DNA from: the human T2T-CHM13v2.0 reference genome, Homo sapiens
Strand: one strand, 5' to 3'
DNA: 64,000 nucleotides
Assembly (NCBI RefSeq): GCF_009914755.1
Contig: NC_060945.1
Positions 15,001 to 30,000 of this stretch are shown in pieces. Each line of letters starts with the position of its first letter. Within the stretch, counting starts at the first letter, position 1. The notes beneath the pieces are model-generated. The model ran no database searches. It was given only the letters and a program-made list of their open reading frames with translations, and was not told the DNA's origin. The position numbers and the translations under genes were made by a program.

Positions 15001-18000
15001 TCCTTTAGACCCAAGTAGCAGTGTTTTGGAATCCTATTTGAGGGACAAACACTCAGACCACAGCAGGAATATTTTGGAAGCCTATGTGAGGAAGAAACAT
15101 TCAGAACACAGAAGGATTGTTCTAGAATCCAACGTGAGGCACAAACAGCCAGACCACAGCACTAGTGTTCTGGAATCCTATATGACGGTCATCCTTTCAG
15201 CCCACAGCAGTAGTGTTCTGTAATCCTATTTGAGGAACAAACATTAAGACAACAGCAGGCTTATTCTGGAAACCTCGGTGAGGAGCAAACATTGAGACCA
15301 CAGCATCAGTGTTCTGGAATCTTATGTGAGGGACAAACACTCAGAACCTTGCAGCAGTGTTCTGGAATCCTATCTGAGGGACAAACATTCAGACCAGAGC
15401 AGGAGTGTTCTTTAATCCTCTGTGAAGTACAATCATTGAGACACTCGTAGCAGTGTACTGGAATCCTACGTAAGGGAGAAACACTCAAAAACCAGCAGCA
15501 GTGTTCTGGAATCCTATGTGAGGGACAATCATTCAGACCACAGCTGGGGTGTTCTGTAATCCTACGTGTGGGACAAACATTCAGACACAATTAGAATTGA
15601 TCTGGAATCGCATGTGAGGAAAACACATTCAGAACACATCAGGAATCTTTTGGAGTCCTATGTGCGGGACAACCATTCAGAGGCTTGTAGCAGTGTTCCG
15701 GAATCCTATGTGAGGGAGAAACCTTTAGACCCACGTAGCAGTGTTCTGGAGTCGTACGTGAGGGACAAACCCTCAGAACCCAACATCAGTGTTGCAGAAT
15801 TCTAAGTGAGGGACAAACATTCAGACCACAGCAGGAGTGTTCTGGAATCCTATGTAAGGGAGAATAATTCAGAGCCTCGTAGCAGTGTTCTGCAATCCTA
15901 TGTGAGGAACAAACATTCAGACCACAGTAACAGTGTTCTGGAATCCTATTTGAGGGACAAACACTCAGAGCACAGCAGGGATGCTTTGGAACCCTATGTG
16001 AGGGAGAAATATTCAGACCACAGCAGGATTGTTCTGGAATCCCATTGGAGGCACAAACACCCAGACCACAGCAGGAGTGTTCTGCCATCCTATGTGATGG
16101 TCAACCATTCAGACCACAGCAGCAGTGCTCGGGAATCCTAGATGAGGTACAAACATTCAGACCACAGCAGGAGTGTTCTGGAATCCTATGTGAGATACAA
16201 TGGTTCAGACCCTTGTAGCAGTGTTCTGGAATCCTATGTGATGGAGAACCACTCAGAATCCAGCAGCAGTGTTCTGGAATCCTATGTGATGGAGAAACAC
16301 TCAGAACCCAGCAGCAGTGTTCGGGAGTCCTATGTAAGGTACAATCATTCAGACCACAGCTGGGGTGTTCTGGAATCCTATATGTGGGAAAAACATTCAG
16401 ACCCCGGTAGCATTGTTCTGGAATCCTATGTGAGGAAAATACATTGAGAACACATCAGGAGTGTTCTGGAGTCCTATGTGCGGGACAAACATTCAGACCC
16501 TCTTAGCGGTATTCTGGAATCCTATGTGAGGGAAAAACATTTAGACCCACATGGGAGTGTTCTGGAATCGTTCGTGAGGGACAAACACTCAGAACCCAAC
16601 AGCAGTGTTCTGGAATCCTAATGAGGGACAAACATTCAGACCACAGCAGGAGTGCGCTGGTATCCTATGTGAGGGAGAATAATTCAAACCCTCGTGATAG
16701 TGTTCTGGATTCCTATGTGATGGACAAATATTCAGACCTCAATACCAGTGTTCTGGAATCGTATTTGAGGGACAAACACTCAGACCATAACAGGAATGTT
16801 TTGGAATCCAATGTGAGGGAGAAACATTCAGACTACTGCAGGATTGTTCTGCAATCCCATGTGAGGCACAAACACCCAGACCACAGCAGGATTGTTCTGA
16901 AATCCTATGTGATGGTCAGACATTCAGACCACAGCAGTAGTAGTCTGGAATCCTGTATGAGAGACAAACATTCAGATTACAGCAGGATTGTTCTAGAATT
17001 CTATGGAGGAACAAACATTCAAACCATATCAGCACTGTTCTGGAATCCTATGTGAAGGGACAGACACTCAGAACGCAGCAGCAGTGTTCTGGAATCCTAT
17101 TTTAGGGACAAACACCCAGACAAGAGCAGGGGTGTTCTGGAATCCTATGTGACGGTCAACCATTCAGGCCACAGCAGTAGTGCTCTGCAATCCTATGTGA
17201 GGGACAAACATTCAGACCACAGCAAGAGTGTTCTGAAATCCTATGTGAGGGACAAACATTCAGAACCCAGCACCTTTTTTCTGGAATCCTATCTGAGTGA
17301 CAAACATTCAGAACAGAGCAGGAGTGTTCTGGAATCCTATGTGAACTACAATCATTCAGACCCTCGTAGCAGTGTTCTGGAATCGTATGTGAGGGAGAAA
17401 CACTCAGAACCCAGCAGCAGTGTTCTGGAATCCTATGGGAGGGACAATCATTCAGAACACAGCTGGGGTGTTCTGGAATCCTAAGTGTGGGAAAAACATT
17501 CAGACCCTGGTAGCATTGTTCTGGAATCCCATGTGAGGAAAATACTTTCAGGAAACAGGAGGAGTGTTCTGGAGTCCTACGTGAGAGAGAAACATTCAGA
17601 CCCTCCTAGCAGTGTTCTGGAATCCTATGTGAGGGACAAATATTTAGAACCACGTAACATTGTTCTGGAATCGCACGTGAGGGACACTCAGAACCTAACA
17701 GCAGTGTTCTGGAATCCTAAGTGAGGGACAAACATTCAGACCACAACAGGAGTGCTCTGGAATCCTATCGGAGGGAGAATAATTCAGACCCTCCTGTCAG
17801 GGTTTTGGAATCCTATGTGAGGGACAAACATTCAGACCCCAGTAGCAGTGTTCTACAATCCTGTTTGAGGGACAAACACTCAGACTGCAGCAGGAATGTT
17901 TTGGAATCCTATGTGAGGGAGAAACATTCAGACCACAGAAGGATTGTTCTGGAATCCCATGTGAGACACAAACACCCTGATCACAGCAGGAGTATTCTGG

Positions 18001-21000
18001 AATCATATCTGAGGGTCAACCGTTGAGACCACAGCAGTAGTGTTCTGGAATCCTATATGAGAGACAAACATTCAGACCACAGCAGCATTGTTCAGGAATC
18101 CTTTGTGAGGGACAAACACTCAGAACCCAGCAGCAGTGTTCTGGAATCCTATGTGAATGACAAATATTTAGACCCTCGTCGCAGTGTTCTGGAATGCTAT
18201 GGTAGGGACAAACTCTGAAAACTCAGCAGCAGTGTTCTGGAATCCTATGTGAGGGACAATCATTCAGACCACAGCTGGGGTTTTCTGGAATCCTACATGT
18301 GCGACAAGCATTCAGACACTCATAACATTCTTCTGGAATCCTATCATAGGAAAATACATTCAGAACACAGCAAGAGTGTTCTGGAGTCCTATGTGCGAGA
18401 AAAACATTCAGACCCTCGTAGCACTGTTCTGGAATCCTACGTAACAGACAAACATATAGACCCACGTGGCAGTGTTGTGGAATTGTACCTGAGGGACAAA
18501 CACTCAGAACCCAACAGTAGTGTTCTGGAATCCTAAGTGAGGGACAAACACTCAGACCGCAGCAGGAGTGCTCTTGAATACTTAGAGGGGAACAAATATT
18601 CAGACAACAGCAGGAGTGTTCTGGAATCCTATGTGAGGGAGAATAATTTATACCCTCATAGCAGTGTTCTGGAATCCTATTTGAGGGACAAACATTCAGA
18701 CCATCGTAACAGTGTTCTGGAATCCTATGTGAGGGACAAACACTCAGAACCCAGCAGCAGTGTTCTGGAATCCTATGTGAGGGACAATTATTCAGACCAC
18801 AGCTGGGGTGTTCTGGAATCCTAAGTGTGGGACAACCATTCAGACCCTCGTAGCATTGTTCTGGAATCCTAAGTGAGGAAAATACATTCAGAACACAGCA
18901 GGAGTGTTCTGGAATTCTACATGCGGGACAAACATTCAGACTCTCTTAGCAGTGTTATGGAGTCTTAGGTGAGGGACAAATATTCAGACCCTCATAGTAG
19001 TTTTCTGGAGCCCTATGTGAGGGACGAGCATTTAGACCAATGTAGAAGTGTTCTAGAATCGTATGTGAGTCACAAAACACTCAGAACCCAACAGCAGTGT
19101 TCTGGAATCCTAAGTGAGGGATAAACTTTCAGACCACAGCAGGAGTGTTCTGGAAACATAAGTGAGGGAGAAACATTCCCACGACAGCAGGAATGTTCTG
19201 GAGCCCTATGTGAGGGACAAACACTCAGACCACAGCAAGAATGCTTTGTAATCCTATGTGACAGAGAAGCATTCAGACCACAGCAGGATTGTTATGGAAT
19301 CTCATGTGAGGCACAAACACCCAGACCACAGCCGGAGTGTTCTGGAATCCTATGTGAGCATCAACCATTCAGACCACTGCAGTAGTGTTCTGGAATCCGA
19401 TGTGAAGAGCAAACATTCTGAGCCTCGTAGCATTGTTCTGTAATCTTATCTGAGGGATAAACATTCAGACTCTCTTGGCAGTGTTCTGGAATATTATGTG
19501 AGGAACAAATATTCAGACCCTCGTAGCAGTGTTCTGGAATCCTATGTGAGTGAGAAATACACAGAACCCAGCAGCAGTGTTCTGTAATCCTATGTGAGGA
19601 ACAAACATTAGGACACTCGTAGCAGTGTTCTGGAATCATATGTGAGGGAAAAACACTCAGAACCCAGCAGCACTGTTCTGGAATCCTATTTGAGGGAAAC
19701 TTTCAGACCACAGCAGGAGTATTCAGGAATCATATGTGAGGGACAAACATTCAGACCCTCATAGCCGTGTTCTGGAATCCTATGTGAGGGAGAATAATTC
19801 AGACCCTCATAGCAGTGTTCTCGAACCCCATTTGAGGGACAAACACTCAGAAGACAGCAGGACTGTTTTGGAATCCTACATGAGGGAGAAACATTCAGAC
19901 CCCAGCAGAAGTGTTCTGGAATCTTATTGCAGGTACAAACACTCAGAACCCAGCAGCAGTGTTCTGGAATCCTATGTTAGGGACTCACATTCAGAACCTC
20001 GTACCAGAGTTTTGGAATCCTCTGTGAGGGACAACCTTTCAGACCAAAGCAGCAGTGTTCTGGAATCCTATGTGAGGAATAAACATTCACAGCACAGCAG
20101 GAGTTTTCTGGTATCCTATTTAAGGGACAAACATTCAGACCCTCTTAGCAGTGTTGTGAAATCCTATGTAAAGGACAAACATTCAGACCACAGCAGTAGT
20201 GATCTGGAATCCTATGTGAAGGACAAATATTCAGAACCCTGCTGCAGTGTTCTAAAATCCTATGTGACAGACAAACATTCAAATCTTCGTAGCAGTGTTC
20301 TGGAATCCTATGCGAGGGACAAACATTCAGACCACAGCAGCACTGTTCTGGAATCCTATGTGAGAGATAAACACCCAGACCACAGCAGGAGTGTTCTGGA
20401 AGTCTATGTGATGAACAAACATTCAGAACACAGCAGGGGTGTTCTGGAATCCTGTGTGAGTGACAAACATTCACACCCAGCAGCATTGTTCTGGAGTCCT
20501 GTGTGTGGGACAAACATTCAGACCACAGCAGGAGTGTCCAGGAATCCTATGTGAGGGACAAACATTCAGACCCTCATAGCAGTGTTCTGGAGTCCTATGT
20601 GAGAGAAAAACACTCGGAAGCCAGCAGCAGATTTCTGGAATCCTATGTGAGGGACAAAGATTGAGAACCCCGTAGAAGTGTTCTGAAATCATATGTGAGG
20701 GACAAACTTCCAGACCCCAGCAGCAGTGTTCTTGAATCTTATGTGAGGGACAAACATTCAGATCAAATCAGGAGTGTTTTGGAATCCTATGTGAGGGACA
20801 AACATTCAGATTAAAGCAGGAGTGTTCTGGAATCCTAATTCAGGGACACACAGTTCAGACCACAGCAAGAGTGCCCTGGAATCCCATGTGTGGGAGAATA
20901 ATTCAGACGGTTGCTGCAGTGTTCTTGAATCCTATGAGAGGGAAAAACATTCAGACCCTCGTAGCACTGTTCTCGAATCCTATGTGAGAGACAAACACTG

Positions 21001-24000
21001 CGAACCCAGCAGTGTTCTGGAATCCAATGTGAGGGACAATCATTCAGACCACAGCTGGTGTGTTCTGGAATCCTACGTGTAGAACAAGCATTCAGAACCT
21101 CGTACCATTGTTCTGGAATCCTCTGTTAGGAAAATACATTCAGAACACAGAAGGAGTGTTCTGGAGTCCTATGTGCAGGACAAATATTCAGACCCTCGTA
21201 GCTGTGTTCTGGAATCCTATATGAAGGAAAAACACTAAGAACCCAGCAGCAGTGTTCCGGAATCCTATGTGAGGAACAAACATTCAGACCACAATAGCAG
21301 TGTTCTGGAGTCTTATGTGAGGGACAAACATTCAGATCCTCTTAGAAGTGTTCTGGAATCCTATGTGAGGGGCAAAGTTTTAGAACAAAGCAGCAGTGTT
21401 CTAGAATCTTATGTGAGGGGCAAAGTTTTAGAACAAAGCAGCAGTGTTCTAGAATCTTATGTGAGGGACAAACATTCAGACCACAGCAGGAGTGTTCTAG
21501 AAACCTATGTGAGGGAGAAACATTCAGTCCCAAGGAGCAGTGTTCTGGAATCCTATGTGAGGGACAGACATTTAGACCGACGTAGCAGTGTTCTGGAATC
21601 CTACGTCAGGAACAAACACTCACAACCCAGCGGCAGTGTTCTGGAATCCTATGTGAGGGACAAACATTCAGACCACAACAGGAGTGTTCTGGAATCCTAT
21701 GTGATGGACAAACATTCAGTACCCAGGAGCAGTGCTCTGGAATCTTATGTGAGAGACAAACATTTAGACCCACACAGCAGCGTTCTGGAATCATAAGTGT
21801 GAGACAAACACTGAGAACCTCACAGCATTGTTCTGGAATCCTAAGGGAGGAACAGATATTGAGACCACAGCAGGAATGTTTTGGAATCGTATGTGAGGGA
21901 CAAACATTCAGACGACGGCAGCAGTGTTATGGAATGCTTTGTGAGGGACAAACAGTCACAACCCAGCAGCAGTGTCCTGGAATTCTATTTTGGGACAAAC
22001 ACTCAGACAACAGAAGCAATGTTTTGGAATCCTATGTGATGGAGAAACGTTCAGACTGCAGCAGGATTGTTCTGGAATACCAAGTGAGGCACAGACAACA
22101 GCAGGAGTGTTCTGGAATCCTATGTGAGGGTCAAATTTTCAGTTGATAGCAGTAGTGCTCTGGAATCCTATGTGAGGGACAAACTTTCAGACCCTCGTAG
22201 GAGTGTTCTAGAATCCTTTCTGAGGGACAAACACTCAGAACCCAGCTGCTGTGTTCTGGAATCCAATCTGAGGTACCAATATTCAGAAGAGAGCATTAGT
22301 GTTACGGAATCCTTTGTGATTTACAATCATTCAGACATTCGCAGCAGTTTTCTGGAATCCTATGTGAGGGAGAAGCCATCAGAACCCAGCAGCAGGGTTC
22401 TGGAATCCTATGTGAGAAAAAATCATTCAGAGCACAGCTAGGGTGCTCTGGAATTCTACGTGTGGGACTAGCATTCAGAACCTCGTAGCATTGTTCCGGA
22501 ATCCTAGGTTAGGGAAACACATTCAGAACACAGCAGGTGTGTTCTGGAGTCCTATGTACGGGACAAACATTCAGACCCTTGTAGCAGTGTTCTGGAATCC
22601 TATGTGTGCGGCAAACATTCAGACCCTCATAGCAGTGTTCTGGAATCCTATGTGAGGGACAAGCACTTAAACCCAAGTAGCAGTGCTCTGCAATTGTACT
22701 TGAGGGACAAGCACTGTGAATCCAACAGCAGTGTTCTGTAATCCTGAGTGAGGGACAAACATTCAGACCACAGCAGGAGTGTTCTGGAATCGTAAGTGAG
22801 GAACAAACATTCAGACTCCAGCATGTGTGTTCTGGTATCCTATGTGAGGGAAAATAATTTAGACGCTTGTAGCAGTGTTCTGGAATCCTATGTGAGGGAC
22901 CAACATTCAGACCCTCGTAGCAGTGTTCTGGAGTCCTATGTGAGGGACAAACATTTAGACCCATGTAACACTGTTCTGGAATCAAACATCAGGGAAAAAC
23001 ACTCAGAACCCAAAAGCAGTGTTATGGAATCCTACATAAGGGACAATAATTCAGACCCTCGTAGCAGTGTTCTGGAATCCTATTAGAGGGGCAAACATTC
23101 AGACCCTCGTAGCAGTGTTCTGAATTCTATTTGAGGGACAACACTCAGAACCCAGTGACACTGTTGTAGAATGCTTTGTGTGGGGCAATCATTCAGACCA
23201 CAGCTAGGGTGTTCTGGAATCCTACGTGTGAGACAAACATTCAGATCCTCGTAGCAGTGTTCTGGAATCTTACGTGAGGGACAAACATTGAGACTCTCGT
23301 AGCAGTGTTCTGGAATCCTATGTGAAGGACAAACACTCAGAACCCAGAAGCAGTGATCTGGATTCCTATGTAAGGGACAAACATTCAGACCACAGCAGGA
23401 GAGTTCTCGAAACCTAAGTGAGGAACAAACACTCAGACCACAGCAGGAATGTTTTGGAATCCTATGTGAGGGAGAAATATTCAGACCACAGCAGGATTAT
23501 TCTGGAATCCCATGTGAGGCACAAACACCCAGACCACAGCAGGAGTGTTCTGGAATCCTATGTGAGGGTCAACCATTCAGACAACAGCAGTAGTGTCCTG
23601 GAATCCTATGTGAAGGACAAACATTCAGAACCTCGCAACAGTGTTCTGGAATCGTATGATAGGGACAAACACTCAGAACCCAGCAGCAGAGTTCTGGAAT
23701 GTTATGTGAGAGACAAAATCTCAGACCCCAGCAGCAGTGTTCTGGCATCCTATGTGAGGGATAAACACTCAGAAAGTAGCAGCAGTGTTCTGGAATCCTA
23801 TTAGAAGGACAAACATTCAGACGAGAGCAGGAGTGTTCTGGTATCCTATGTGAGGTACAATCATTCAGTCCCTCGTAGCAGTGTTCTGGAATCCTATGTG
23901 AGGGACAAACATTTAAACTCTCGTAGCAGTGTTCTGGAATCCCATATCTGGGAGAAACACTTAGACACATATAGCACTGTTCTGGATCCCTACGTGAGGG

Positions 24001-27000
24001 ACAAATACTCAGAACCCAACAGCAGTGTTCTGGAATCCTCAGTGAGGGACAAACATTCAGACCACAGCAAGAGTGTTCTGGAATCCTAAGTGAGGGACAA
24101 ACATTGAGACCACAGCAGGAGTGTTCTGGAATCCTATGTGAGGAACAAACATTCAGACACTCGTAGTAGTGTTCTGGAATCCTATGAGAGGGACAAACAT
24201 TTAGACCCATGTACCAGTGTTCTGGAATAGTATGTGAGGGACAAACACTCGGAACCCAACAGCAGTGTTCTGGAATCCTAAGTGAGGGACAAACATTTAG
24301 ACCCACTTACCAGTGTTCTGGAATAGTACGTGAGGGACAAACACTCAGAACCCAACAGCACTGTTCTGGAATCCTAAGTAAGGGACAAACATTCAGACCA
24401 CAGGAGGAGTGTTCTGGAATCCTATCTGAGGGAGAATAATTCAGAACCTCGTAGCAGTTTTCTGGAATCCTATGTGAGGGACAAACATTCAGACCCCAGC
24501 AGCAGTGACCTGAAATCCTATGTGAGAGAGAATCTCTCAGAACCCAGAAGCAGTGTACCAGAATCCTATGTGAGGGCCAATCATTCAGACCATAGCTGGG
24601 GTGTTCTGGAAACCTAAGTGTGGGACAAACATTCAGACCCTCATAGCAGTGTTCTGGAACCCTATGTGAGGGACAAACATTTAGGCCCATGTAGCAGTGT
24701 TCTGGAATCGTACGTGAGGGACAAACACTCAGAACCCAACAGCAGTATTCTGGAAACCTAAGTGAGGGACACACATTCAGACAACAGCAGGATGGTTCTG
24801 GATTCCTATGTGAGGGAGAAACACTCAGAACCCAGCATCAGTGTTCTGGAATCCTATGTGAGAGACCATCAGAAAGACCACAGCTGGTGGGTTCTGGAAT
24901 CCAAGTTTGGGACAAAGATTCAGACACTCGTAGCATTGTTCTGGAATCCTATGTGAGGAAAACACAATCAGAACACAGCAGGAGTGTTCTGGAATCCTAT
25001 GTGCAGGACAAACATTAGGACCCTCGTAGCAGTGTTCTGGAATCCTATGTGAGGGACAAACATTTAGACCCACGTAGCAGGGTTCTGGAATCATACGTGA
25101 GGGACAAACACTAAATCCCAACAGCAGTGTTCTGGAATCCTAAGTGAGGGACAAACATTCAGACAACAGCAGGAGTGTTCTGGAATCCTATGTGAAGAGA
25201 ATAATTCAGACCCCTGTAGCAGTGCTCTGGAATCCTATGTGAGGGACAAACATTCAGACCTTCGTAGCAGTGCTCTGGAATCCTCTGTGAGGGATAAACA
25301 TATAGACCCATATAACTGTTTTCTGGAATCTTATGTAAGGGAAAAACTCTCAGAATCCAACAGCAGTGTTCTGGAATTCTATGTGAGGGAGAAACACTCA
25401 GAATCCAGCAGCAGTGTTCTGGAATCCTATGTCAGGGACAGTCATCCAGACCACAGCGGGGATTTTTCTGGATCCCTACGTGTGGGACAAACATTCAGAC
25501 CCTCATAGCATTGTTCTGAAATCCTATTTGAGGAAGAACATTCAGAATACAGCAGTAGTGTCCTGGAGACCTACGTGCGGGACAAACATACAGACCCTCG
25601 TAGCAGTGTTCTGGAATCCTATGTGAGGGACAAATATTCAGACCACAGCAGGAGTGTTCTGGAATCCTATGTGAGGGACAATAAATCAGATGCTCGTAGC
25701 AGTGTTCTGGAATCCTATGTGAGGGACAATTTTCAGACCCTCATAGCAGTGTTCTGGAATCCCATGTTAGGGACAATCATTCAGACCACAGCTGAGTTGT
25801 TCTTTAATCCTACGTGTGGGACAAGCATTCAGACCCTCATAGCAGTGTTCTGGAGTCCTATGTGCAGGAGAAACATTCAGACCCTTGTAGGAGTCTTCAG
25901 GAATCCTATGTGAGGGACATACATTTAGACCCACATAGCAGGGTTCTGGAATCGTACTTGAGGGACAAACAGTCAGAACCCAACATCAGTGTTCTGGAAT
26001 CTTAAGTGAGGGACAAACATTCAGACCATAACAGGAGTGTTCTGGAATCCTATGTGAGGGAGAATAATTCAGACCCTCGTAGCAGTGTTCAGGAATCCTA
26101 TTTGAAGGAGAAACACTCAGATCACAGCAGGATTCTTCTGGAATCCCATGTGAGGCAAAAACCCACAGACCACAGCAGGAGTGTTCTGGAATCCTTTGGG
26201 TGGGTCAACCATTCAGACCACAGCAGTAGTGTTCTGGAATCTTATGTGAGGGACAAACATTCAGACTTTCGTAGCAGTGTTCTGGAATCCTATGCGAGGG
26301 AGAAACACTCAGAACCCAGCAGCAGTGTTTTGGATTCCTATGTGAGGGTCAAATATTCAGACCACAGCAGTAGTGTTCTGGAATCCTTTGTGAGGAACAA
26401 ACATTCAGACCCTCGTAGCAGTGTTTTGGAATCCTATGTGAGGGAAAAACACTCAGAACCCAGCAGCAGTGTTCAGGAATCCTATGTTAGGGACAGTCAT
26501 TCAGACCACAGCTGGGGTGTTCCGGAATCCTACGTGTGGGACAAGCATTCAGACCCTCGTAGCATTGTTCTGGAATCCTATGTTAGTAAAATGCATTCAG
26601 AACACAGCAGGAGTGTTCTGGAGTCCTATGTGTGGGACAAATCTTCAGACCCTCGTAGCCGTGTTCTGGAATCCTATGTGAGGGAGAATAATACAGACCT
26701 TCGTAGCAGGGCTCTGGAATCCTATGTGAGGGAGAATAATACAGACCTTCGTAGCAGGGCTCTGGAATCCTATTTGAGGGACAAACACTCAGATGACAGC
26801 ATGACTGTTCTGGAATCCCATGTGAGACACAAACATCCATACCACAGCAGGAGTGTTCTGGAATCCTATGTGAGGTTCAACCATTCAGACCACAGCATTG
26901 GTGTTCTGGAAATGCTATGTGAAGCAGAAACATTCAGACCCTTGTAGCAGTGTTCAGGAATCTTATGTGAGGGACAAACATTCAGACCCTCTTAGCAGTG

Positions 27001-30000
27001 TTCTGGAATCCTATGCGAGGGGGAAACACTAATAACCCAGCAGCTGTGTTTTGGAATCCTATGTGAGGATCAAATATTCAGACCACAGCAGTAGTGTTCT
27101 GGAATCCTTTGTAAGGGACAAACATTCAGACCCTCGTAGCAGTGTTTTGGAATCCTATGTGAGGGAAAAACACTCAGAACCCAGCAGCAGTTTTCAGGAA
27201 TCCTATGTTAGGGACAGTCATTCAGACCACAGCTGGGGTGTTCCGGAATCCTAAGTGTGGGAAAAACATTCAGGCCCTTCTAGCATTGTTTTGGAATCCT
27301 ATGTGAGGGAGAATAATACAGACCTTCATAGCAGTGTTCTGGAATCCTATTTGAGGGACAAACACTCAGATGACAGTATGATTGTTCTGGAATCCTATGT
27401 GAGAGACAACCATTCAGACCACAGCAGTATTGTATTGGAATCCTAAGTGAGGGAGAAACATCCAGACCACAGCAGGAGTGTTCTGGAATCCTATGTCAAG
27501 GAGAAAAATACAGACCCTCGTAGCCGTGTTCTGTAATCCTATGTGAGGGACAAACACTCATATCCCAGCAGCAGTGTTCTGGAATCTTATGTGAGGGACA
27601 GACATTCAGACAAGAGCGGGATTGTTCTGGAATTAAATGGGTTGGACAAACATTCTGACCCTCGTAGCAGTGTTCTGGAATCCTATGTGAGGGAAAAACT
27701 CTCAGAACCCAGCAGTAGTGTTATGGAACACTATGTGAGGGAGAAACATTCAGAAGACAGCAGGGGTGTTCTGGAATCCCATGTGATGGAGAATAATTCA
27801 GAACCTCGTAGCAGTCTTTTGGAATCCTATGTGAGGGAGAAAATCTCAAAACACAGCAGCAGTGTTCTGGAATCCTATGAGAGGGACAATCATTCAGACC
27901 ACAGCTGGGGTGTTCTGGAATCCTATGTGTGGGACAAGCATTCAGAAACTCGTAGCATTGTTCTGGAATCCTATGTCAGGAAAATACATTCAGAACACAT
28001 CAGGAGTCTTCTGGAGTACTTTGTGAGGGACAAACATTCAGACTCTCGTAGCCGTGTTCTGGAATCCTATCAGAGAGAATAATTCAGACCCTCCTAACAG
28101 GATTCTGGAATCCTTTTTGAGGGACAAACACTCAGACCACAGCATAAATGTTTTGGAATCTTATGTGAAGTAGAAACATTAAGACCACAGGAGGATTGTT
28201 CTGGAATCCCATGTGAGGCACAAACACCCAGACCACAGCAGAAATGTTCTGGAATCCTGTGTGAGGGTCAACCATTCAGATCACAGCAGTAGTGTTCTGG
28301 AATCCTTTGTGAAGGACAAATATTCAGACAAGAGCAGGAGTGTTCTGGAATCCTATGTGAGGGAAAATAATTCAGACCCTTGTACATTTGTTCTGGAATC
28401 CTATGTGAGAGACAAACACTCAGAACCCAGCAACAGTGTTCTGGAATCTTAGGTTTGGGACAAACATTCAGACCACAGCAGGAGTGTTCTCGAATCTCAT
28501 GTGAGGAACAAACATTCAGACCCTCATAGCAGTGTTCTGGAATCATCTCTGAGGTACAAACACTCAAAATCAAGCAGCAGTGTTCTGGAATCCTATCTGA
28601 GGGACAAACATGCAGACCACAGCTGGGGTGTTCTGGAATCCTACGGGTAGGACAAGCATCCAGACCCTCGTCGCATTGTTCTGGAGTCCTATGTGAGGAA
28701 AATACATTGAGAACACGGCAGGAGTGTTTTGAAGTCCTATGTGAGGGATAAATATTCAGACCCTCATAGCGGTGTTCTAGAGTCCTATGTGTGGGACAAA
28801 CATTTAGACCCACGTAGCAGTGTTTTGGAATCATACGTGAGGCACGGACACTCAGAACCCAACGGCAGTGTTCTGGAATCCTAATTGAGGGACAAACATT
28901 CAGACCACAGCAGGCGTATTCTGGAAAGCTATGTGAGGGAGAATAATTCAGACCCTCGTAACAGTGTTCTGGAATCCTATGTGAGGAACAAACATTCATA
29001 CCCCAATGGTAGTGTTATGGAGTCCTATTTGAGGGACAAACACTCAGACCACATCAGGAATGTTTTGGAATCCTATGTGAGTGAGAAACATTCAGACCAC
29101 AGCAGGATTGTTCTAGAATCCCATGCGAAGCACAAACACCCAGACCACAGCAGTAGTGTTCTGGAATCATATGTGAGGGTCAACCACTCAGACCACAGCA
29201 GTAGGGTTCTGGAATCCTATGGAAGGGATAAACATTCAGAACCTCGTAGCAGTGCTCTGGAATGTTACGTGAGGGACAAACATTCAGACCGCCTTAGCAG
29301 TGCTCTGGAATCCTATTTGAGGGAGAAAACTCAGACCACAGCAGGAGTGTTCTGGAGTCCTATGTGAGGGAAAAACATTCAAACCACAGCAGGATTGTTC
29401 TGGAATTCCATGTGTGGCGCAAACCCCCACACCACAGCAGGAGTGTTCTGGAATCCTATGTGAGGACAATCATTCAGACCACAGCTGGGATGTTCTGGAA
29501 TCCTACGTGTGGGGCAAGCATGCAAACCCTCATAGCATTGTTCTGGAATCCTATGTGAGGAAAATACATTCAGAACACCGCTGGAGTGTTCTGGACTCCC
29601 TTGTGTGGGACAAACATTCAGACCATTCATAGCAGTGTTCAGAAATCCTATGTGAGGGACAAACTTTCAGACTCTCGTAGCAGTGTTCTGGAATCTTATG
29701 TGAGGGAAAAACATTAAGACCCTCTTAGAAGTGTCCTGGAATCCTATGTGAGGGAAAAACACTCAAAACCCAGCAGCAGTGTTGTGGAATCCCATATGAG
29801 GGACAAACATTCAGACCGGGGCAGGAGTGTTCTGGAATCCTATGTGAGGTATAATCATTCAGACCGTCAAGGCAGTGTTCTGGAATCCTATGTGAAGGAG
29901 AAACAGTCAGAACCCAGCAGCAGTGTTCTGGAATCCTATATGAGGGACAAACATCAGACCCTCATATCAGTGTTCTGGAATCCTAAGTGAAGAACAAACA